This document shows positions 55,566 to 64,000 of a stretch of DNA of 64,000 bases, piece after piece (the first letter of the stretch is position 1; each line of letters starts with the position of its first letter). Position numbers and translations under genes: made by a program. Where the stretch lies: the IMG/VR virus record IMGVR_UViG_3300032303_002590. One strand, 5' to 3'. The stretch comes from a virus (lineage: Duplodnaviria; Caudoviricetes). The notes under the pieces were generated by a model. It saw nothing but the letters and a program-made list of their open reading frames with translations. It was not told the origin of the DNA and made no database searches.

Positions 55566-55631
55566 CTAAATTTATCCAATATGAGAGCAATTCAATCGTC
55601 TCCAATGTAGTTTTAGCTATTAGCTAAAATT

Positions 55632-55865
55632 ATGACTCAGAAATTGAGAATTTGGAGAGTAGTCCCTACCAGCATGACTGGTGTTCAGGCTCCCACGTTT
55701 TTTGTTGAAACAACAGAGAACGGACGAGAAGAAGCAGTACGATCTGCAAACCTACAAGCAAGACAAAAATCTGGCTTGGGTAAGTTTAACAATTGGTATT
55801 TTGAATTAACTAAAATGAATGTCAGAGTTGACAGACATGGAAAGTATATTCGTCATCACCAATAA
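55632..55865 (+). CDS. Hypothetical protein
   Basis: 77 aa ORF at the end of the tRNA array. Confidence 0.55.
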   Translation: MTQKLRIWRVVPTSMTGVQAPTFFVETTENGREEAVRSANLQARQKSGLGKFNNWYFELTKMNVRVDRHGKYIRHHQ

Positions 55866-55880
55866 GATAAAAATATTCGG

Positions 55881-55924
55881 AGAAAGATTTGGATATCTGG
55901 ATCTTTCTTCTTATATTAAAGTAT
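55881..55924 (+). promoter_or_regulatory. Hairpin overlapping a host-type promoter
   Basis: AGAAAGATTTGG...CTGGATCTTTCT; TTG 55889-N20-TATATTAA. Confidence 0.55.
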
Positions 55925-56031
55925 AAAATAAAAGTTATGGAAATATTAGGAGGAATTTGTATTGGGTATTTTTTAAGACCATACATAGATGTTATAATTA
56001 AAATTATTAAAAATAGTTTAAAAAATTAGTT

Positions 56032-56523
56032 ATGAAAAAAGAATTTATACCTTACGCAAAAGCATTAGAATTAGCAAAACTTAATTTTAACGAAAAGTGT
56101 TTTGGGTACTATGGTACAGAAAATGAATTACATATTGAAATTAGTTGTAACTTAGATTCTAACTTAGTAAGACGCAACTTTATTGCATCACCAACATTCT
56201 CACAAGCATTTAGATTTTTTAGAGAGAAGTATGATTTATGTGCGTATGTTGTAACTGTTCCAAATTATATAAAAGGAGAAAGTAAGTATAAAACAAGGTT
56301 CTCTTATGAAATATATGGAATGAATGAAAAAAGTTCATCAACTGTCTTTATAACAATTAGAGATGAGGTAAATTTATCGACACACGAAGAAGCAGAACTT
56401 GAATGTCTAAAAAAATTAATAGAAATAAGACAATCACAAAAAACTTCAGATGAAAGTCCACATACTAGAACATTCAGAACACCATCAAGTGATTATAACT
56501 CTAGAGGTCAATATCGTAAATAA
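56032..56523 (+). CDS. Hypothetical phage protein
   Basis: EFIPY..ALEL..L.F.E.C; PTFSQAFRFFREK; THEEAELECLKKLIEI. Confidence 0.65.
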   Translation: MKKEFIPYAKALELAKLNFNEKCFGYYGTENELHIEISCNLDSNLVRRNFIASPTFSQAFRFFREKYDLCAYVVTVPNYIKGESKYKTRFSYEIYGMNEKSSSTVFITIRDEVNLSTHEEAELECLKKLIEIRQSQKTSDESPHTRTFRTPSSDYNSRGQYRK

Positions 56524-56563
56524 AATTAATAGAAATAGTAAAACAAAAATAAAAATTATAGTT

Positions 56564-57475
56564 ATGAAAAATTCGTTATCATCAAAAGGGTTATCAATGT
56601 CTCAAGCACAATCAATCTCTAACCTTTGTAATCAAAGAGCAAAAGAGATTTCTAGTCAACTAGACAACATCAACAATGTGTCTAAAGAGTTAACCATAGG
56701 AACAGAAACCTATATTGAAACTCAAGGGAACCCAATCCCAGAAAACGTAGTAGTATTATTAACTTCTAAAGCAAGATATTCTGCCACTCAAGCATTCTTG
56801 ATGGAGAACATCAAAGCTAAAGATGAATTGATTAACAAAATCAAATACGAAGGATTCAAGTACGATATAGAAGCTCCAGTTCGTCCACAAACAATCTCAG
56901 AAGATCTTCCTTTAGAAGTAGATGCAGATTTTGGTTTGGATCAATTAACTGCAGCCGAGTATAACGAATACTTAGAAGCAGAGGCTTATGCTTCACATAT
57001 TGGTCAGTTCATTCATAAAAAAGGAACTCTAGACCGTTTAAGAGCAGAACTTCCTACCATTAAAACTTTAGAGTTTATGGAAATTGAAGTAGGAAAGAAA
57101 ACTCCACTTAAAGTATCTATTCACCACACACCTGAGCAATTGCTTGCAATTCATGAAGAGTTAGCAGCACTTCATAGAGGGTATGAGCAAAAAGTGAATT
57201 ACTTCAAATCAAAAGCAAAGAATGCTGTTACTTCTGAGAATGCTAGAATTCAAAAAGAAAGAGGTGAGATCCAAGCAAGAGTGAATCAACAAAATGCAGA
57301 TCTATCAAATGCTTATAAATTAGCATATGAGGAGTGGACTGCCAATCAACGTAAAGCTCAACATGAGTTTGAAGAAAAACGTCAAGGTGCAATTCAAGAT
57401 GCTGTTAATTTAAAAATTGAAGTAGCAGAAAGATTCCAGGACGTAGTGGATGAGTTCTTAAACCAATTAAAATAA
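56564..57475 (+). CDS. Long coiled-coil protein (likely start 56564)
   Basis: MKNSLSSKGLSMSQAQSISNLCNQ; EAYASHIGQFIH; AGTTATG start context. Confidence 0.65.
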   Translation: MKNSLSSKGLSMSQAQSISNLCNQRAKEISSQLDNINNVSKELTIGTETYIETQGNPIPENVVVLLTSKARYSATQAFLMENIKAKDELINKIKYEGFKYDIEAPVRPQTISEDLPLEVDADFGLDQLTAAEYNEYLEAEAYASHIGQFIHKKGTLDRLRAELPTIKTLEFMEIEVGKKTPLKVSIHHTPEQLLAIHEELAALHRGYEQKVNYFKSKAKNAVTSENARIQKERGEIQARVNQQNADLSNAYKLAYEEWTANQRKAQHEFEEKRQGAIQDAVNLKIEVAERFQDVVDEFLNQLK

Positions 57476-57476
57476 T

Positions 57477-57785
57477 ATGAAGCTAGGAGAGTTTATCAAA
57501 AACTTCAGCCATAATAATATGGTTAGACTCCACTATAAAGAAAAGGGTGGTAATAGAATTGTATTAGATGAATGGGATGATGTATCAATGGACCACGAGA
57601 TAGTGAACGGTAAAGGTAAAAATCGTCACTACGTTAACAATGAGGTATTAGGTTTAGTGGGAATATATTTTCAATCTGGACACACTCATTATCCTGATGC
57701 CATTAATATAGTTATAGAAGAGTTAGAAAATCAACCATTCATAGAAGAAGTAGAAAATCAACAAAGTTATCAACAATCAAATTAA
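57477..57785 (+). CDS. Hypothetical protein
   Basis: 102 aa ORF. Confidence 0.55.
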   Translation: MKLGEFIKNFSHNNMVRLHYKEKGGNRIVLDEWDDVSMDHEIVNGKGKNRHYVNNEVLGLVGIYFQSGHTHYPDAINIVIEELENQPFIEEVENQQSYQQSN

Positions 57786-57791
57786 GTTATT

Positions 57792-58076
57792 ATGAACGAA
57801 GTACAAGAAGTAGAACAATTAGACAGACCAGACAGACCATCAAGATTAGAAGACGTATCTTGTGAAAAACAATGGCAACCATCAAGACAAGAATGTCTTA
57901 GAGAGTATGAAGTAAGGATTAAATTTCTAACCCTAGGATGTATTGTTTCTGTAGGATGTAAAGAAATTCCATTTACAACAATTAAAGAAGGAATGGAAGC
58001 TTTAAATCAATACGTAGCAAAACCTTACGAGACAAGACAGATTTGGGAGAAAAGATTCCAAGAAGAAGAAAAATAA
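57792..58076 (+). CDS. Hypothetical protein
   Basis: IKFLTLGCIVSVGCKEIPF. Confidence 0.55.
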   Translation: MNEVQEVEQLDRPDRPSRLEDVSCEKQWQPSRQECLREYEVRIKFLTLGCIVSVGCKEIPFTTIKEGMEALNQYVAKPYETRQIWEKRFQEEEK

Positions 58077-58080
58077 TTTG

Positions 58081-58410
58081 GTGCTAAGGAGGTAAGCACA
58101 AGCCGATCCTCCAAAGCTTTATGCTGGGATAGTAGAGTCTTAAATTATAGATACATATAAAAATGACTTTTAATCATTCTATGACAGACATAACACCTCC
58201 GGGTGTTTGTAAACTCGCTTCCCTACAACTTAAACCTAAACTGAGATAGAACTCAACAGCTAGACATGTTACTCCGTCAGAGGAGATTAAAAGTGGCTAG
58301 CGATTCTAAGACTTAGTTTTTGTCCTTGCCCTTGTGGTAGTGGAAGGTTTTTGACTTTGATTTTGCATTTGACCTAGTCTATATGCTTTACATCCCAGCA
58401 ACATTTTTTT
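58081..58410 (+). ncRNA. Large structured ncRNA with hexamer repeats
   Basis: 5' pseudoknot; TGCTGGGAT/ATCCCAGCA closing stem; several long-range pairings; YTTGNY repeats. Confidence 0.65.
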
Positions 58411-58424
58411 TAAAAATAATTACA

Positions 58425-58467
58425 AAAAGGCTTGTTTATTCAAGTCTTTTTTTGTATATTTAAGTAT
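58425..58467 (+). promoter_or_regulatory. Terminator hairpin overlapping a host-type promoter
   Basis: GGCTTG..CAAGTC followed by T7; TTG 58432-N20-TATATTTAAGTAT. Confidence 0.65.
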
Positions 58468-58490
58468 TAGAAACAAATAAAATAAAGGTT

Positions 58491-58664
58491 ATGAAAATTA
58501 AAGATAAAGTGTTTATAAATAAAGAATTACTGGGTAAATTTGAAAAAAATATACCTGGAGTAATTATCGATACTTGGGGAAGTGGTTTTGAGGTTAAGGA
58601 GGTCGCAACTGGATATATTTACAGGTGTTTTAAGGAAGAGGTAAGTAAAACTAAATTAAAATAA
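58491..58664 (+). CDS. Small hypothetical protein (57 aa)
   Basis: MKIKDKVFIN...; AAGGTTATG start context. Confidence 0.45.
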   Translation: MKIKDKVFINKELLGKFEKNIPGVIIDTWGSGFEVKEVATGYIYRCFKEEVSKTKLK

Positions 58665-58669
58665 AAGTT

Positions 58670-59320
58670 ATGAAAATAGAATTACAAAAAGGACAACAAT
58701 TGTTCTTCACATCAGACACACATTACGCTCACTCAAACATTTGTAGTGCTACTACAAACTGGACTGAGTCTTCAAACTTGACAAGAGAATTCAATTCACT
58801 TGATCATATGAATGCTACTCTAGTGAATAACATTAACTGTATGGTTGGTGAAGATGATATCTTAATTCACTTAGGTGACTGGTCATTTGGAGGATTTGAA
58901 AAAGTACAAGAATTCAGAGATAGAATTGTTTGTAAAAACATTCACTTGGTACTTGGGAATCACGATCATCATATCGAACGAAACAAAGAAGGTATTCAAT
59001 CATTATTCTCCTCAGTACAAAACTACTTGAGACTAGAAGTAAGAAGACAAGTTAGTAAATCTATGATGGAAAAGTTTATTTTCGTTTGTATGCACTATCC
59101 AATAGCGTCATGGCATGATATGAACCAAGGAGTAATTCACTTGCATGGACACGTTCATTTACCTGCAAACCTACGAATAGCCGAGGGTAAAGCAATGGAT
59201 GTAGGAGTAGATGGAAATGGTTTAGAGCCTTTATCAATGAACGAGGTATTATCGTTAATGGATAAACAACCAATTAAAAAATTAGCCTTACCAAAGGATC
59301 ATCATGAGAAAAGAATCTAA
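58670..59320 (+). CDS. Calcineurin-like metallophosphoesterase
   Basis: FTSDTH, HLGD, GNHD, MHYP, LHGHVH, DVGVD. Confidence 0.9.
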   Translation: MKIELQKGQQLFFTSDTHYAHSNICSATTNWTESSNLTREFNSLDHMNATLVNNINCMVGEDDILIHLGDWSFGGFEKVQEFRDRIVCKNIHLVLGNHDHHIERNKEGIQSLFSSVQNYLRLEVRRQVSKSMMEKFIFVCMHYPIASWHDMNQGVIHLHGHVHLPANLRIAEGKAMDVGVDGNGLEPLSMNEVLSLMDKQPIKKLALPKDHHEKRI

Positions 59321-60173
59321 AAAAATATTACATAAAGGAAGAATCTATCTGAAAGATGGAGTATGGGTAGTGAGGTATGAAACTAAAGAGAAAGTTAAAG
59401 GAGGTTCTCCTAAACAACTTGGAAGTTATAATATCAGAACAAAAGCTAATTTTATACCTATCATAGTAGAAGACACTAAAAATTTAATAGATCCTTATAG
59501 TCAGGGTAAAGAAACTTGTTTTGAATATATCATAAAAACTGAAATAGAAAACGGTTATAAGAATCAACCACCAGGAACAATAGGGTTTGTAGCGCAAACT
59601 AAACAAGTATGGTACGCTAAATTATGGCCTGTTTCTGAAATGGCTCAAGAATTGCAACATTATTTTGAAACAACACCTCAAGAAAAAATTGATGAGGATT
59701 GGGAGAAAGTAAAGGAATTTGACTTAGTAGGACCAACAGTAGAAGAATTTTTAGGAATAAATCAAAATAGTATGAAAGAGTTATTTTTATTAAGAGGATT
59801 ACCTGGCTCAGGTAAATCAACATTAGCAAAATCAATTGGACCTATTACTATTGAAGCAGATCAATATTTTATAGATTCAGATGGAGAGTATAAATTTGAT
59901 GCTTCACAATTAAAAAATGCTCACCAATATTGCCAAGGACAAACTCAAGCATGGATGAAGATGAACTCGGATCAACTTAATACTGATAAGATTGTAGTAT
60001 CAAATACATTTACTCAGGAATGGGAAATGCAACCATACTTTGACCTAGCAGACAAATACGGATACAGAGTTTATTCTTTAATTGTAGAAAATAGACATGG
60101 AGGAGTAAACGAGCATGGAGTACCAGAAGAAAAATTAGTACAAATGAAAAATAGATTTCAAATTCTTCTCTAA
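59304..60173 (+). CDS. Fusion ORF with C-terminal polynucleotide kinase-like (AAA_33) domain; internal ATG at 59772
   Basis: MKELFLLRGLPGSGKSTLA, EADQYF, AHQYC, VSNTFT. Confidence 0.8.
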   Translation: MRKESKKILHKGRIYLKDGVWVVRYETKEKVKGGSPKQLGSYNIRTKANFIPIIVEDTKNLIDPYSQGKETCFEYIIKTEIENGYKNQPPGTIGFVAQTKQVWYAKLWPVSEMAQELQHYFETTPQEKIDEDWEKVKEFDLVGPTVEEFLGINQNSMKELFLLRGLPGSGKSTLAKSIGPITIEADQYFIDSDGEYKFDASQLKNAHQYCQGQTQAWMKMNSDQLNTDKIVVSNTFTQEWEMQPYFDLADKYGYRVYSLIVENRHGGVNEHGVPEEKLVQMKNRFQILL

Positions 60174-60223
60174 GTTTTTCATTTAAAATATATTTTTCAT
60201 CTATTTATAATAAAGTATATTAG

Positions 60224-60868
60224 ATGAAAAAGTATTATGTGTATTGTCACAAAGATCCAACAACACAAGAAATTTTCTATATAGGAAAAGGAAGTGGACC
60301 TAGAGCATATGTGACTCAATCAAGAGGAAAGTATTGGAAGAATTATGTAAACAAACATGGTATTCCTATTGTAGAAATTCTATATGAAAATTTAGAAGAA
60401 GAAGAGTCTTTTACATTAGAGAAGCAATTAATCCAATCCCTAGGAAGAAGAGACTTGGGAACAGGTATATTAGTTAATACAACAGATGGTGGAGAAGGTT
60501 GCAGTGGAATGATACATTCTGAAGAGACTAAGAAAAACCTGAGAGAATCTCGAAAAGGAAAACCAAGTAATAATAAAGGGAAGACATGGATCCAAAAAAA
60601 TAAAAGAGAAAACAATATTCCTAGAGGAAGCTATAAGACTAGAAAAGATAAAGGAAAAACCTTTAGTTCTGAAATAAAAGAAAAAATGAAAGAAGGAAAA
60701 CGTGACAAAACTAAAGAAGTATTACAATTCGACCTTCAGAATAATTTAATCAGAGAATGGAGAAGTGCTGCCGATGCTATCGACAGTACTGGACTATGTG
60801 GGATTTATAATTGTTTAACAGGAATCTCAAAACAATCTGGTAAATTTATTTGGAAATATAAAGAATAA
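60224..60868 (+). CDS. GIY-YIG homing endonuclease with NUMOD-like repeats
   Basis: YYVY...FYIGKG..R; LVNTTDGGEG; HSEETK; VLQFDLQNNLIREW. Confidence 0.85.
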   Translation: MKKYYVYCHKDPTTQEIFYIGKGSGPRAYVTQSRGKYWKNYVNKHGIPIVEILYENLEEEESFTLEKQLIQSLGRRDLGTGILVNTTDGGEGCSGMIHSEETKKNLRESRKGKPSNNKGKTWIQKNKRENNIPRGSYKTRKDKGKTFSSEIKEKMKEGKRDKTKEVLQFDLQNNLIREWRSAADAIDSTGLCGIYNCLTGISKQSGKFIWKYKE

Positions 60869-60885
60869 TTCGTATATTTAAGTAT
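60849..60885 (+). promoter_or_regulatory. Host-type promoter
   Basis: TTG 60850-N20-TATATTTAAGTAT. Confidence 0.65.
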
Positions 60886-60899
60886 TAAAGAAATAAGTT

Positions 60900-61091
60900 A
60901 TGAGAGAAACATTTGAACAATACCTACAAAGACTAAAAGACAGACGTACAGAAGACGATTACAAGTACACTGATGAGGATTTTGAAAAGTATAAAGACTA
61001 TATTAAAAATTGTTATGAAACAGATTTAAGTGTTTATAAATGTCTTGAGTTTATGTGGTTTCAAACAGAAGAACTTAAAAATAAAAAATAA
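60900..61091 (+). CDS. Hypothetical protein
   Basis: 63 aa ORF after the promoter. Confidence 0.55.
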   Translation: MRETFEQYLQRLKDRRTEDDYKYTDEDFEKYKDYIKNCYETDLSVYKCLEFMWFQTEELKNKK

Positions 61092-61415
61092 ATGGAAAAT
61101 AAAAAAGCACCTAAGAAAATCCAAATAGAAAAACAAATATATTGGGGTAATAACAGTAAACAAATGACTTGGGCTGATATTAAACATCTGGAATTACATG
61201 ACGATGACGTAATACACTCAGGATGGGTTGATGATGAAAATTTTGATTATCATGGGTATTGGCATAATGAAATTACTCGTATGGTTGAAGAAACAGATCA
61301 ACAATTTGAAAAACGTATTGCTAAGATGAAGCAAGACGATATTTGGGCAAAAGAAAGAAGAAGAGAAAGTTATTTAAGACTAAAAGAAGAATTTGAAAAT
61401 GGAAAATCAAAATAG
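61092..61415 (+). CDS. Hypothetical protein
   Basis: Ends ERRRESYLRLKEEFE. Confidence 0.55.
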   Translation: MENKKAPKKIQIEKQIYWGNNSKQMTWADIKHLELHDDDVIHSGWVDDENFDYHGYWHNEITRMVEETDQQFEKRIAKMKQDDIWAKERRRESYLRLKEEFENGKSK

Positions 61416-62520
61416 TGTTTGCTTTGTAGCAAAAATAAATGAAGTAAAAGCAATCGAAGGAGCTGATAACATCGAACAAGCAGTTATCGGAGGATGGAAT
61501 TGTATTGTAAAAAAAGGATCACATAAAGTAAATGATCTAGTAGGAGTTGCAACAACTGATGCAGTTATTCCTCAAGGACTAGCAGATGCTATTGGAATTG
61601 CAAATTACCTAAGAAAAGGAAATAGAGTTAGAACTGTAAAGCTAAGAGGAGTGTATTCTGAATGCTTAGTAATTCCAGATCAATTCTTACCTATTGGTAT
61701 CAACCATGAAGGTAAAGATTTAATGGAAACTTTAAAAATTTCTAAATACGAACCACCAGTTAAACAAATTCAACTTGCTTCAGGTAGAAAAATTAAATGG
61801 AGAGACAATCAAAACTTCCATATCTATTACAAATTCCCAAACCTTAAAAACGTTGACGGAATGTTCACTGAACAAGATGAAGTTCAAATTACTAGAAAGA
61901 TTCACGGTACAAATGCTAGATACGGTATTGTGAAGAAAGGTCAATTAACATTCTGGGATAAAGTAAAAAAATTCTTAAGAATTGCAAATGAGTGGATTGA
62001 CTACGAATACATTTACGGATCACACAATTGTGAGAAAGGAAGTGACTCTCAAGGATTCTATTCAACTGATGTTTGGAGAACAGTTGCTGAAAAGTATGAT
62101 ATCAAAGCAAAGCTTTGGCAAGAAGCAAAACGTCAAGGTTCTGATTTAGGTGAAGGATTAATTCTTTACGGAGAAATTTACGGAGCAGGTATTCAAAAGA
62201 ATTACGAATATGGTTTAAAAGATATTGAGTTTGTAGCATTCGATATTAAAATAAATGGAGAATATTGTGCGACAGAAGTAACTGAAGTTATTACTCAAGA
62301 TTTATTAGACCTTCCTCACGTAGAGGTTCTTTATGAAGGATTATGGAATCAAGAGATACAAGATGAATATGTATTTAACAACTTCATTCCAGGTACAAAA
62401 GTACCGCATGAAGGAATTGTAATCAAAACAACCTCAGGTGAAAGAAACAAAGTAGCAAAGGTAATTAATAGCGATTATCTTATTTATGGTGAAAAACACG
62501 ATATAGGGGATAGTCATTAG
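61399..62520 (+). CDS. RNA ligase, DRB0094/Rnl2-like family
   Basis: IEGADNIE, VKLRGVYSE, motif I RKIHGTN, YGEIYG, FDI, EGIVIK, AKVIN. Confidence 0.88.
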   Translation: MENQNSVCFVAKINEVKAIEGADNIEQAVIGGWNCIVKKGSHKVNDLVGVATTDAVIPQGLADAIGIANYLRKGNRVRTVKLRGVYSECLVIPDQFLPIGINHEGKDLMETLKISKYEPPVKQIQLASGRKIKWRDNQNFHIYYKFPNLKNVDGMFTEQDEVQITRKIHGTNARYGIVKKGQLTFWDKVKKFLRIANEWIDYEYIYGSHNCEKGSDSQGFYSTDVWRTVAEKYDIKAKLWQEAKRQGSDLGEGLILYGEIYGAGIQKNYEYGLKDIEFVAFDIKINGEYCATEVTEVITQDLLDLPHVEVLYEGLWNQEIQDEYVFNNFIPGTKVPHEGIVIKTTSGERNKVAKVINSDYLIYGEKHDIGDSH

Positions 62521-62527
62521 TCATAAA

Positions 62528-62550
62528 TGGGCGCAACTTATTGCGCCCTT
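62528..62550 (+). terminator. Hairpin/terminator
   Basis: GGGCGCAA-CTTA-TTGCGCCC. Confidence 0.55.
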
Positions 62551-62590
62551 CTATGCTTTTATAATATTTATTATCGCCAAATAATTTATT

Positions 62591-63283
62591 ATGACGATAC
62601 ATATTCAAAAGAAATGCTCCCAATGTGAGCAGGAAAAATCTACCCTAGAATTTTATAAGAAAAAAGGATGCAAACATGGTGTAATGTCTGTTTGTAAAGT
62701 TTGTTGGAAATCTCAAGTTAAAACCTTCCAAACTTTAAATCAAAACTTAATAAAAGAAAAACAACAACAACATTATTCTGATAATAAAGAAGCATATTCT
62801 GAAAGGAATAAAGTTGCTTATTTAAAAGATCAAGATTATAGAAAGTTAAAACAAACCGAATATAATATTGAAAACAAAGATAAACGTAAGCTTTATAACG
62901 CTCAACCTCATATTAAACAAAGAGATAATGAGTATATGAAAGTTCGTAAGCAAAATGATCCTGTATTTAAGTTATCTCAAAATATGAGAGCTTCTATCTC
63001 TATGAGAATTAGAGAAATTAATTCTACCAAAGACCTCCCTACTTTAAATATAATAGGATTAGATACTTGGGAGAATTTTAAACAGCATTTAGAAAACCAG
63101 TTTACTGAAGGTATGAATTGGAGTAACTATGGCAATAAAGTAGAAACAGATTGGTCTATAGATCATTTTACCCCTATTAGTTCAGCTAATACCTTAGAAG
63201 AAGTTAAAAGATTAAATCATTATTCTAATTTAAGACCTATGTGGCATTTAGATAATATTAAAAAAAGAGATAAAATAATTTAA
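62591..63283 (+). CDS. HNH homing endonuclease-like protein
   Basis: CSQC...CKVC; WSIDHFTPISSA...LNHYSNLRPM...N; late motif at 62564. Confidence 0.8.
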   Translation: MTIHIQKKCSQCEQEKSTLEFYKKKGCKHGVMSVCKVCWKSQVKTFQTLNQNLIKEKQQQHYSDNKEAYSERNKVAYLKDQDYRKLKQTEYNIENKDKRKLYNAQPHIKQRDNEYMKVRKQNDPVFKLSQNMRASISMRIREINSTKDLPTLNIIGLDTWENFKQHLENQFTEGMNWSNYGNKVETDWSIDHFTPISSANTLEEVKRLNHYSNLRPMWHLDNIKKRDKII

Positions 63284-63295
63284 AAATAAATGACA

Positions 63296-63337
63296 AAAGG
63301 CTTGCTTCGGCAAGCTTTTTTTCGTATATTTAAGTAT
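63296..63337 (+). promoter_or_regulatory. Terminator hairpin overlapping a host-type promoter
   Basis: GCTTGC-TTCG-GCAAGC followed by a T run; TTG 63302-N20-TATATTTAAGTAT. Confidence 0.7.
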
Positions 63338-63350
63338 TAAAATAAAAGTT

Positions 63351-63521
63351 ATGAGAGGTAAAAGAACATGGTGTGAAGATGTTTCACCAATACTAAAATC
63401 TATTCGTTCACACAAGAATCATGGTAAGATTATGGAGATAAACGACAAGCAGTACGAGTGTATAGGTGGTGATATGTTTTTAAATACTAAAACAAATCGC
63501 ATAGAAAAGTTGGCTATTTAA
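63351..63521 (+). CDS. Small hypothetical protein (56 aa)
   Basis: MRGKRTWCEDVS...; AAAGTTATG start context. Confidence 0.5.
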   Translation: MRGKRTWCEDVSPILKSIRSHKNHGKIMEINDKQYECIGGDMFLNTKTNRIEKLAI

Positions 63522-63564
63522 AATAAATTTCGTATATTTAGGTATAATAATAAAAACAAAGATT

Positions 63565-64000
63565 ATGAAAAACATACATATATTACCAACAGATAAACCA
63601 AGTAGGTTAATATTACAAACTAATAATGTATTAAGATTATCTGAAATTACATTTAAAGGACAAATAGCAAGTGGTGTTACTCAAAACATCTACATCACTT
63701 CTGATGAAGAAATTAAAGAAGGAGATTGGTTTTTAACTGATGATAAAAGAGTTGAAAAATGCGCACCTGATTGGAGAGCAAGAGAATGGCATAAAAAAAT
63801 CATCCTAACAACAGACCAAGACTTAATCAAAGATGGTGTACAAGCTATCGATGATGAGTTTTTAGAATTTATAGTTAAGAATCCAAGTTGTGAGGAAGTT
63901 GAAGTATTTCATCAAGATGTTTATTCTATTGGTAAATGGGATAGAAGATACAAAATCATCATTCCAAAAGAAGAACCAACTATTGTTAGACTTCCAACTT
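63565..64000 (+). CDS. Partial hypothetical protein
   Basis: MKNIHILPTDKPSRL...IYITSDEEIKEGDW; open to the window end; promoter 63510-63545. Confidence 0.6.
   Translation, partial: MKNIHILPTDKPSRLILQTNNVLRLSEITFKGQIASGVTQNIYITSDEEIKEGDWFLTDDKRVEKCAPDWRAREWHKKIILTTDQDLIKDGVQAIDDEFLEFIVKNPSCEEVEVFHQDVYSIGKWDRRYKIIIPKEEPTIVRLPT

Noticed and set aside
51943-55627. ORFs 51943-52176, 53040-53243, 54513-54779 and 55439-55627
   Set aside because: They overlap tRNA or tRNA-like genes; spurious.
56450-56563. N-terminal extension of the 341-aa ORF
   Set aside because: It overlaps the upstream gene and the repeat-bounded insertion; ATG 56564 has the typical AGTTATG context.
58074-58160. Stop-codon read-through stimulated by the pseudoknot after ORF 57792
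   Set aside because: The extension would be only about 27 unremarkable codons; the pseudoknot more likely belongs to the ncRNA.
1-64000. Stop-codon reassignment (TAG/TGA)
   Set aside because: Genes are intact under code 11, TAG ends several genes normally, and there is no canonical suppressor tRNA.

Overview
A 64 kb segment of a large, AT-rich contractile-tailed (myovirus-like) phage. All convincing genes are on the + strand. The host is very likely a Bacteroidota/Flavobacterium-type bacterium: promoters are TTG-N20-TAnnTT type, starts are A-rich without Shine-Dalgarno sequences, signal peptides are followed by Gln, and one protein has a T9SS C-terminal domain. Gene order: neck, tail fibres, sheath, tube, tape measure and baseplate (1-23.7 kb, interrupted by an early-gene islet); PolA, SSB, RecA, 5'-exonuclease, DnaB and NrdB/NrdA (25-35.4 kb); lysis (35.5-37.5 kb); TGT/DpdA-like and QueC genes; a seven-gene secreted cohesin/dockerin/T9SS/CsgG-like module (39.5-45.7 kb); a cluster of structured ncRNAs; an array of 25 tRNAs covering all 20 amino acids (51-55.6 kb); and RNA-repair genes (phosphoesterase, Pnk, ligase), with several HNH/GIY-YIG endonucleases throughout. 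Top finding: an unannotated 47-codon leader ORF (50656-50799) directly upstream of the tRNA array. It contains all 20 amino acids and codons for 24 of the 25 phage tRNA classes, and it overlaps a candidate antiterminator that competes with a strong intrinsic terminator. This looks like a general tRNA-supply-sensing attenuator. All calls come from reading motifs by eye; no database searches were run.
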